Assembly (NCBI GenBank): GCA_023213395.1
Contig: CM041465.1
Span: 131,137,741 to 131,201,740, forward strand
Source of the DNA: Cycas panzhihuaensis
Lineage: Eukaryota > Plantae > Cycadophyta
Direction: 5' to 3'
Length of the DNA stretch: 64,000 bases
Shown: positions 1 to 9,947 of the stretch, piece after piece
How the letters are laid out: each line of letters starts with the position of its first letter
How positions within the stretch are numbered: position 1 is the first letter of the stretch
Made by a program: the position numbers and the translations under genes
The notes under the pieces: model-generated
What the model saw: only the letters and a program-made list of their open reading frames with translations
Told to the model about the DNA's origin: nothing
The model's database searches: none

Positions 1-455
1 TAGTGAATGATTTAAAGAGCATTTTATTGAGGATGTCACATGACAATGTTTTAGAGTATTAACTTTTATAGAAGCATAATTACCTTTAATCATTTAGAAT
101 TTAATCATTAAAAACTCACTCTCAAATTTTATCTTTTGATTTATCAATCATTGCATTTGATGTCATCATGTTACTTAATCTTAGACTATAAATTATCTAA
201 GCTATCACAAATGAATCACTAGTCCAATTAGTAATCATTGATGATGGTTCCTTGCTTAACCTGCTTCCCTTATGAAAGCTCTCTAACTTAAAAAGTTGGA
301 TAAAAGTTTTACACCAATCAAAGGGTTCGATGTAGTTAAATGTTCATTCATGGGTAAATTTTACAATCTTCCTATCATGTTTGAGAGTAAAATGTATGAA
401 AATTATAATGAAGTTGTTGATATAACATTAGACTATATCATCCTTTTAGGTTGAG
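1..455 (+). pseudogene. Element O (outermost, old Tat-like Ty3/gypsy): gag/protease remnant
   Basis: Degenerate translation gives VIIDDGSLLNLLPL...IKGFDVVKCSFMGKFYNLPIMFESK...EVVDITLDYIILLG, the retropepsin D(D/N)GS and Y.ILLG motifs; many stops. The element start lies outside the window. Confidence 0.7.
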
Positions 456-686
456 GTTGTTATTTGATAAAATTTAATTTATATATGGTGACTAGGTTAA
501 ATATATCAAATTATCAAAATTTTGTTTGGAAATAACTAATGAAAACATAAACCTATAAATTATCTTATTTTTAGACATTAAACATAAATAAAGTTTGAAG
601 GACATACACAAAGTTTGAAGGATATGGGACTTTTGATTTACGAATGTATGCCTCTTAAAGAAGCAGAGTTATATTTATCACCTTAG

Positions 687-1105
687 TGTTGGGTATAATA
701 CCCAATTACATGTTTATTCCCATTCACACACTCTCTAGTTTATTTATATTTTATATTTGAGGCCTTCTTAAGTTGTATGGCACATAGAAATGTGTGTCAG
801 CCCACAACAAGTTGACTAATGAGGGTTCTCACACGTGATGAGTTGTACTATAAGTATATACATCATCTTCTTTCTAACTTAAAAATTGGTCATTCTTCTA
901 TTTCATTGTATTAACATGTACATGATTCATCTCTATTATATCCTATTACCTTATCATTCACTTACCCATTTCATCTATTATGTGCATGGTAGATTCATTT
1001 CATAATATGGTATCAAAGCCACGATTTATTTTCTAACATTTGCTATCATAATTAAGATGCCCAACCCAACATTTAGTATTAAAGCCTCCATCTTATTTCC
1101 CAATA
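687..1105 (+). repeat. G 5' LTR (419 bp), including three internal PBS-like modules
   Basis: Starts TG and aligns with the 3' copy up to CTTATTTC(C/T)CAA(T/C)A, where the 3' copy meets the TSD. Confidence 0.85.
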
Positions 1106-1120
1106 TTTGATATTAGAGCC
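1008..1120 (+). repeat. Tandem array of four tRNA-iMet PBS-like motifs (33-34 bp period); the last (1108-1120) occupies the normal PBS position
   Basis: TGGTATCAAAGCC at 1008, TGCTATCATAATT at 1041, TAGTATTAAAGCC at 1074, TGATATTAGAGCC at 1108. Each follows a (C/T)AA(C/T)A LTR-end-like motif; canonical PBS is TGGTATCAGAGC. Confidence 0.8.
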
Positions 1121-2667
1121 CAAGATTTGAATCCTTGAGGGTAATATTTTAAAGCCTATTTTTTAGATTTATTAAAGCCTTGTCAAACTATTTAGGAACC
1201 TAATTTTATGCTTGATTAGTGACTTGTTTTTTAGTCCTTTTCCATGATATCTAAATATATTTTCTGTTATATTTTATGTATAATGTTGGGACTATTTTTA
1301 TTATTATTTGAGATAAACTTAGAGTTGTTTTATCATTATTTTCAATTATTTTGTGAGGTTGTTTTGAAGTTTATTTAAAGTTCTTTTTTTTATGTTGTTA
1401 TAAGGTTGTTTGAAGCCTATTTTGAAGAAGTTTGAAAGCTATGTAGAATCTGCTAAATAAAAATTTTTTAAAGATGTTTTTACTATAGAAAATTAAGCAA
1501 ACAAACACCAGTTACAAGCCTAATCACCCTACAGTTGATATGAGTCTATTGTCTTTAAAAAAAATATAATGGTTGATTACTAGACTTAATATGGAGGCTT
1601 TTGCAGGTGTCCTAACATAAGGATCTATTACCAGATCTAAGGAATAATGTAAGAAAAAAGGTATGCCTTCTACTAGCATATGCTTAGTAGTAAATATTAA
1701 AAAAATATATCAGGTTTCCTCTACTTAGTTTGTAGATATGGAATTTATTTGTACTAGAGAAAATATAAGTGTTGTAACCTACTATATGGTGATTAAACTC
1801 ATATTTTTTAGTGATATGTTGTGGAGAGAAGAGTAATGCCCTTAACATATCTCTGTAAGAAGATATGTATATGCCAAAATAAAATTAAATATTCATTACT
1901 ATCCCTACTTTCGAATAAATACTTGACTTTATTAGGAAGGGCATATCCTCATGACTAATATATTAACCTTAATGGACATATTGGAGTCTCTAATGATGGT
2001 ATTTTTTTTGGAATTATAGAGAGTAGTAAAATAAATTAGGCTTATAGGGGACCTTTGAGACCCATGCAATAATTGAAGTAGATGACACACAAAAAGTGTA
2101 ACAAATGGATTTGATTCTGAGTCATTTCTATCATCACTAGCCATTGTTGTAGTATTCAAAATGACTCTCGAATTATTTCATAAATACATCAAAGCATGTT
2201 AAATCCATTTGGAGATGACTCAATATTACTCATGGCCCAATTAGTATTTCTCATCATTTAACGCGTGAGTTCAGGGCTCCTTGCAACATCCAAAAACTAT
2301 TTAAGAGTGTAATGATCATTTAATATATACACAAGGTCTAGATTTCCATCAATAATTTCTCATAATTAAGATGCATATCAGATCAAGATTATTCATGAGA
2401 TTTTATATAGTAGGAATGCTCATCATCTCCTACATCATGTTGGGATTCTGTATTGGAATTTAAGAAGTCTAGTACTAAATATGCCTATTGATGTAAATAT
2501 ATAGCCATACGAGGAGCTGAAGATACATTGCCACCGTCCCTACTCATCCTTACCATGTTGCATCCACACTTGTATCAACAAAGCCTATTACCAAAATTGA
2601 TCATTACCTCCATGGATACCCCAAATCACATTCAGAAGATGCCAACAATGAAATACAAAGATGGAGT

Positions 2668-3257
2668 TGTGCCTGGCCAAAGATGACTATTATTTAGAGT
2701 GCAATTAACAAGTAACAAGTACCATAGTACAAAGGTATAGCCATGCTTCAAGCAGGTGTAACCAATTCTCTAATAGGTGTGACCGAGTTCTAGTAATTAT
2801 GATCAGGCCTTCATCAAGTATGACCAAGTTTCCAGTAGGTCTGACTAGGTCTCTAGCAGGTGGGATTGGACAACAGCTGGTGCAACCAATGTAGCGATAG
2901 GTGCAACCAGGGTAGTGGCTAGTGTGATCAGGGTAGAAATTAGTTAAAGATAAAATATAAAGCAATGTGGGTTAAACGATAAAATAGTTATAATAAGTAG
3001 TTATAACCACAAGTTTAGGAGATATAAGGATCATTCATTATAAGAACAAAGGTATATATATGTTATCTGTGGAGTGTCATCTAACTGCAACTATTGTAAA
3101 TTGTCTTGGCCTGCATATAGTTGTGAGAGGACCAAACGTAGAGCCCTATAATAATAAAGGCTTGGTTTTTGGGCTCTATTTTATTATGTCTCTCTTTTAC
3201 TTGTAAATTTTTGTGAACCCTAGTGTGAGACTATTAGAGTAAAAGAGTAGATACACA
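2668..3257 (+). repeat. A 5' LTR (590 bp)
   Basis: TGTGCCTGGCCAAAGATGAC...AGATACACA; aligns with 26906-27499. Confidence 0.93.
2733..2940 (+). repeat. About 10 degenerate 20-21 bp tandem repeats (AGGTGYRACCAGG...) in the A LTR; second copy about 26975-27182
   Basis: Periodic AGGTGTAACC / AGGTGTGACC / TGGTGCAACC / AGGTGCAACC motifs read directly in both LTRs. Confidence 0.8.
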
Positions 3258-3258
3258 T

Positions 3259-3274
3259 CAGTTCTATTACTGGG
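3259..3274 (+). promoter_or_regulatory. A primer-binding site, probably tRNA-Glu type
   Basis: CAGTTCTATTACTGGG lies 1 nt after the LTR and differs from TGGTTCCGTTGCCGGG (complement of the plant tRNA-Glu 3' end, recalled from memory) only by transitions. Confidence 0.55.
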
Positions 3275-3352
3275 TATCCAATGCTTGAAGAGGAATGAAC
3301 GTTCAAAGATAAAAGAATAAAAGGGGACTATCCATGCTAGCACGAATTAATT

Positions 3353-5436
3353 TCATAAAGAGGATTGAGACCAGACAAGAACGGAGCTAGCGTTAGAAGG
3401 CAGAAAGAAACCAAGAGGGTATTCGCAAACCTGAAGAGCTAGTAGAAAAGAAGCAGGTAATAAGAAAACCTGTGAGGGGCAGATAAGAGGAGAGTCAAAT
3501 CCTAAGAGAATGAGAAAAGGATAGTGGAGAAAATGAAGGCTTAGTGAAAATTAGGGAAGAAACCCAAGAATTGCAAGTGAATGTTCAACAAAGGTGGGTA
3601 GAGGACGAAGTCCCTAAGGAGGTAGGAGAGGAGCAAGTAATTCTAAAAGAAAGGAAATCAATAAATTTGGAGGTGTATAGTACCATTATAGTGAGCTGGG
3701 ACTATCACATCTTGGATGTCAGGGACTCTCATTCCCATGTATTGAATCCACTATTCAATAAGATGACAAAAATGATTTCAAGATCAATATTGCTAGGAGG
3801 AAGCCCGAAGAGCATGAACAACACTCCTTTAAATCAAGGGGCAAGTGAGGAAGGAGGAACAAATTTGGTAATCCCAATAAGAAATGCAAGTAGAAATGTG
3901 CAGAGCAGACTAACTCCAGTAGGTCTAGTAAATATGGCACAATGGAATGTAATGGGAGAGAACCAAACAAACCCTCTATACATCATCATTCAAAATGATG
4001 TAATGTTCGGCCATTTACAATTTGATGGTTTGAGGGATCTAGGGGATTATTTGGCCCTCTTTTCCAATATACTAAAGATTAAAAAGATATAAGATTAGGA
4101 GGAAATCAAGGCTCACTTTTTCTTAACATTAAGAGGGGTTGCAATAGCTTAGTATCAGTACATTATTATGACAAATCCTACGTGGGAAATGATCCAGATG
4201 TAATTTCTAGATAGATTTCAAAGGTTGATAGATCTAATGGCAATTTTCTAAGCCTTCAAGGAAATATGGTAAATACCAAGTGAGTCGGTGAATGATTTCG
4301 ATGGTATATTAAGAATTATTATGAACAAAATGGACCCTACAATCCCTATGAATCCTATACTATCTTTGAAATATTTTGTTCAAGGATTGTTAACCCAACT
4401 AAAGGAGAAAGTTGTGTTGCATCTGATGAAGAATTATGAGCAAGTCAAAGACTTAGCTCTCAAATTTAAAAACTAGATGAAGACTGGGTACTTGTAGATA
4501 GGGTATCCAAATGTCAGACAGATTTTGACAAATAATTCTCAATGGGGGATAAACCTTGAGGTAGAAATACTAAAGAAAGAAATTAAGGCATTAAAGTAGT
4601 AATCCTTTGTGGTGCTCCCTAGGGCAACTTAATATAATGAGGAAATTAAAAAATTAAAAGCAGAAATAGCTAAATTGAAGTTGGGGAAAATCTAGGAGAA
4701 TGTATGGTGTTCTCCACCATGTGGACAAGCTGGGCATTTTCGTAATGAACATCAACTAATAATGGAGAGGAAATGGTGTGAAATATGTAAAAGAGAGAAC
4801 CATCATACCTGGAAGTGCTATTATAGGACCCCAAGGCAGGAAACGAGGGAATCCTTCTATCAAAAGAAAGAAGGAAATCCGTTTAAGCAATACAAAGGGA
4901 AGACAAAACCAATCTGTTGTCATCTATGTTCTAGGTGGGGTCATTTTTTAATAGAATATCCATTACAGAAATAGGACAGAGAACATATTTATAAGGAATG
5001 TGGTCCAGCAGATGACGAGTGCACTAATTGTTCGAAGAATCCAAGCTTCAAGATAAAAATGTCAAATTTGGTAACTAAAGAACCAGATGTGGAGCAACTC
5101 ATCTATGCACAAATGAAAAGCAGTAAAGTGACTTCCATACCTATAATAGAAAACTTTCTAGACCCAACAGTTGAAAAAAAAAGATTGTACGAAGTGGTAC
5201 AGGCCATGTAAGAGGCAATAAAGGTAGTCCAATAAGAAGAAATGAATTAGACAAATAGATATAAAGGGAAGGTATATCAGAGATAGACTACCTTTCAAGA
5301 AGAACAACTAGAAAAAAATCCATAGCAGAGATTGCAGACATTAAAAGATTTAATGATGGAGTCAAGGATTTTAGTTCCTACTACAGTTATTTTTAGGTGG
5401 TGGGGGGCAGGATACTTCTCGCAAGTAATCTTGGAC
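3353..5436 (+). pseudogene. gag: A gag (capsid plus about four zinc knuckles)
   Basis: QFDGLRDLGDYL...FFLTLRGVAIA*Y...YFVQGL; knuckles CSPPCGQAGH, CEICKRENHHTWKC, CHLCSRWGH, (C)KECGPAD.ECTNC at about 4705-5035; in-frame stops. Confidence 0.85.
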
Positions 5437-8432
5437 TAGAATCACATCTATGGGATGGTAACTACACTCAATAAAGATCAGGGTAATCGACAATATGCAC
5501 CAGAATAAGAATATGATCATGTAAGTAGAGGAAACACCTGTACAAGATGTCCACACATCGGAATGTAGGCTCAGGACCCACGAATGGTGCACGACTTCCT
5601 CAAAGTAATTTGGTTCTTTTGGCTCGAAGGGACAAGACATACGTAAGGTATCTTGGATGACCCTAGAAGATGAGGTCCCCCCGCCCTTTGATGGCTGAAA
5701 GGAAGAGGAGAGACCCACAGAGAAAAGGAGTTCCTTTGGGAGAGGAATGTAGCACAAGTGCGATAGACATGGGTGAGTAGTAAGGGAGTGCGAGATAAGC
5801 ACAAATAGACCTCCCTATGCTAACTAACCTAAGGCGGGTCTAAGTGGAAGAAGTAACACCAAGAGAGGTATCCTTGCCACTATCCAAATGAAAGGGGCCC
5901 AAGCCCCGGCAAGAATGATGAAGGTTGTGTGTGTTGGTTGGGTATGTGAAGTGTGTGAAAAAGACGACAAAAAGCAATATCGTGTGTGTTCGCAAAAAGG
6001 AATATGAACTATGCTCCCTCTCTCTCTTTTCTTTTTTCAACAATAAAAGATAAAGAAAAAAGTGTCTCATGCACACTCAAACATGCACACTAAGATGATG
6101 CCCAACTAAGGGATGCTTGCGATTTACGTAAGAGAAAGGAGGGGGGCACAATTCTTATAATGCACTCTTTCCTATAAAGTCAATCATGCAGCATGCATGT
6201 GCAAGATGAATACACATAGATTGATTTGTTACCATTTTCCTTTTATGTGACTTATTATGCAAGAGCATATGCCTAATAAAAGTAAAAAAGGAAAAGACTA
6301 TGTGAAGGGATGTGATGCATACCCAGAAAGTCGCGTAGCTGATGGAGAAACTTCGCTCGTGTGCCATGTACATCCTCTCATCTTTGCTCAATACACAGCC
6401 ATCGTTGAGGCAGAGATGGTATGGGGCTTCCTTAACTTCCCTGTGTGAAAAGAGAAACAAAATGAAAAAGGACAAAAGGAAGCTAACAATTGTGCAAGAA
6501 AGCGAGAAAACGAAGAAAGGAAATAGAGCAAGGGCTTACCCAGATGAGAGTGTTCCTTTCCCCTCACAAGTGCTACTGCAAAACTTACAACCACAAAGAT
6601 CTTTGCCCTACCGAGAGGGGATGCCAATAAGCAAAATCGATATATATACAATAATATAAAAGTAAAGTGCTAAAATATGATGTTTAAAGTTAGTTAGTCT
6701 GCCACCAAAAATGACTCTACAAGTCCTCAAGGAAAACACCAGCACGTGCCAACCAAGAGGAGGTTAGCCTCAGAATGGCTAGTCCTCTGGCGAATGCACC
6801 TCCACGCTACCCTTAGGTGTAGGGTATAGCGAATTAAGACAGCCTATAGGCAGTATACGTGAAGAGAATGAATGTTGTAAAGTTTGTGGATGTTACCTAT
6901 GTTGCAAACATGCTACGGGCAATAAGTTGCAACATAGGTTGTACCAAAGCTAGGAATGGATATTGGGTGCTATTTGGAACTGAAAGAAGTACCCAAAAAT
7001 AGGATTGCAGGCCTGAGATCAACGCAGCAAGGCTGCACACACTAATACCCAACGCAGGCCCAATCCCAAGGACTCCCAGGTGGACCAAGGAAGGCATAAG
7101 TGAGGGAGAGGAAGGAGGAGAAGGGGTTTGCCCTTGAGGAGTAGGCCTAATGGGAATGGATCCCACCTTACTTCCTTTCATACCCCCCTTATGAACCCTC
7201 TCCTGTAGCCTCCTTGGAAAAAACCAGAGGAGGATGAGGGATGGTAAGAGTACAAAAAATAGTGAATGGAAAAAATGCTTCTCTATACAGCAAAACACAA
7301 GGAAAAGAATTATATGCTTAAAGAACTCACTTTTGCAAGGTAAACCTAAGGCAAAAGGGTGAAACAATGATGAGGAATACCTGTTGGGTTGCGTGGGGAG
7401 TAGGTCTTCTCATGTAGACAACAAAAGATAGCAGGTTTGGAGAGCTTACAGGGTGTCTCTTAGTTGCAGGAGGAATACCCTTGCTAAAAGCCGAAGGAAG
7501 AGTATGGAGGCCACACATGTGCGTGGATCCTTGCTCAGAGGTATTAGTTGAGGAGTTTGTTGCCATGAACCAATGTTGTAACAGGAAGATCTTAGGTTGG
7601 TACATCAGAAACTCAAGTGTTGCAGGTGTTTCTATAGAGTGTTCCTATAAGAAGAGGAGAAGAGAGCAAGAAGAGGTGATCGAGGAGACACAAAAATGAG
7701 GATTTTTGGGCTTTATACCCAACCCTAGCCTTAATCGAGTGATTAGGGTTAGGCTGGAGCTTAGTTGGCAACTAATCCATGTGGAAATTCTGTGAAAAAT
7801 GTGAAAATTACCCTGATAGATTAAAAAAATAGTGTTAAATAGTCGCATCACGATAAACTTCGTGGTACCATGGTAAACTTTGCAGTACCACTAAGTTTAC
7901 AGCGATGCAGGACCAGAATCCAATAAAAAGAAAGATAGGGGTCCTGGGAGCCCTAAAAGAGGATACTTTAGGCCTACGAGGGGGCGACCCTCTTGTCCAG
8001 GTGGCTGGGGATAGTCTAAGTAAGTAAATCAATTAGACCATATAGGGTATCAAAAGGTAAGGTTCTTAGAAATGCTATGGAAGGGCACAAAATACCCACT
8101 ACTCCTAGAGAAAAGCTAGGGGTTGTAGTAGGTGATAAAGGTGTGAGCGGATCACACGAGTTGGTTGAATCTTGAGGTGATGTGGAGGGTTGTAGAGCAC
8201 TATGAAGATGCATGCCTCATGAAGAGGCAGATCTCGTAGGTCGTCATAGGCTAGGGGCATGTGACATAATCAACCAAGATGCATAATCAACCGTGAAAAT
8301 GAGCCAATCAATCATGCAATTCAAACAATGCTTCAATCTGCAATCTCTAAAGTGACTAAGATGGGAGAGAGAAATGTACCTATGCTTACCTGAGTCGATC
8401 CATCCATACCCATTCCCAGTAGCTGGGAAACA
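5437..8432 (-). repeat. B 3' LTR (2996 bp)
   Basis: Colinear with 16802-19729; adjacent to the PPT. Confidence 0.95.
7690..7717 (-). promoter_or_regulatory. Putative LTR promoter of B (TATAAA followed by a pyrimidine patch); equivalent site near 19000-19023
   Basis: The - strand reads GGGTATAAAGCCCAAAAATCCTCATTTT and then a CT-rich tract, in both LTRs. Confidence 0.5.
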
Positions 8433-8723
8433 TTGCCCCCTTGGCAGTAGAGCCTCGCTGCTCGAAAGCGCAATGCGATGGCAAATGCTGACAATAACAT
8501 TGTTAATAACATATGTATATATAACAATCATGATCATGATAAGAGCCAAGGGTGTCTGCGAGTGCCATGGAAGAACATGTGGATATAGGAATAGAAGTGG
8601 AGATAACATAGGAGATACCTACATGCCACTCTAGAGTCGACCAGAAGTTATGACGGATGAGGGGAATGCCCCCATTGTAAGAATGCAAAGAGAAAGATAT
8701 GATGATAACAAAAAGAAGAGTGA

Positions 8724-9263
8724 ATGAACGAACCTGGTGGTCGTCATAGATTAACCTCATTAGTAGTTAGCTTTCGAAGGTGGATTGTAGAGTCCCTAGA
8801 GCATGAGGCATGCATGGGACGACTCCAGGGCAAGCTAAATAAGACCTGAGTCGAGAGGGACACTCTGTGAGGTTAGGTACAGGTGCTGGAGGCACAGGGA
8901 GGTGCAGGTGGAAATGGTGAGAGCTGAATCAGGATGGCAGTGCTAGAGGAGCATCTCGGAGGGATGGAGGAGAGATTCTAGAGTATGGAGGAGAGACACT
9001 GGGGTGTAGAGAGTGAGAGGGATCATATCCAGGCGAGATACAATCAGATGGTGGATCAGGTAGTCTCGAGATCATCACAGAGCTAGACATACACTCACAC
9101 AGTGGTGACGACCCTAAGGAGGCCTCAAGACGAGGGGAGCGAGGCGAGAAGCTCCCAGAGACACAAACAGAGTGTGGGAGGGATGCGGTCCCTAGGAGAG
9201 GGATCACACCAATTAGGAGATGATACCCTAGGAGTGGGGCAACAGTATAGTAGAGTAGGGTAG
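8724..9263 (+). pseudogene. Decayed antisense extra ORF of B (coiled-coil-like)
   Basis: One 180-codon frame, MNEPGG...MGRLQGKLNKT*VERDTL*G*VQVLEAQ...RMAVLEEHLGGMEERF*SMEER...; its five internal stops are all TGA/TAG, reversible to CGA/CAG. Confidence 0.55.
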
Positions 9264-9947
9264 TTTTGATTAGTTAGGAGAAAGCAGTGGACCTCCAAAG
9301 AGTCACCATATGATGTCACATGATTGTACTCCTCCCTACAAGGATTCTAGCTTCCCACGGATGATGTACCATACCATTTGTATGATATGACACATGATGA
9401 TGGATTGGCATTGCATTTACTTTTATGTATATATATGTATATGTGATATGAGAGTGTGCATGCGTGTACGAGAAGCGATATGTCATAATATTTTTGATTG
9501 ATTATTGCATGATTTGTGCTATGATATTTGTTTGAGTTATACACAATTCCTTTCATGTAGGGCCATATTCCTAGCAGAAGCACACACGATCACTATGAGA
9601 GGTGGTGATAGACATATGTGAGGCTAGGACATAGGGCAGCACACATGTCCACATGGGAGCATAGCGGAATATGCAAAGGAAGCGCTAATAACAAGGGAGT
9701 GATGATACTCCAACACGTCATCCTATTTGGGGAATGTACCCAAACCCAAGAGCGCTAAGGACAATGCACCCAAATAGGAGGATGGGGCTCCCAGAGGAAG
9801 GGGGACAAGGGGTTCCATAGGAGGAATCCAAAAGGAGCAAGAAGGCCACCCTAAGCCACCATCCCACCTGTGACTAGGAGAATGGGGGCGCACCTAAGAT
9901 GATAGTTTAGGCTCATATTAGAGCATAAAAAGAAAGAAAATAAGTAG

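Noticed and set aside
1001-1120. CRISPR-like repeat/spacer appearance of the 33-bp array
   Set aside because: The repeat is an LTR end plus tRNA PBS, the spacers are only about 13 nt and partly similar to one another, the context is eukaryotic, and there are no cas genes.
5371-8213. Many short ORFs within the B LTR, repeated in the other LTR
   Set aside because: The duplication is explained by the LTRs, and starts and stops differ between copies. Only the splice architecture is reported.
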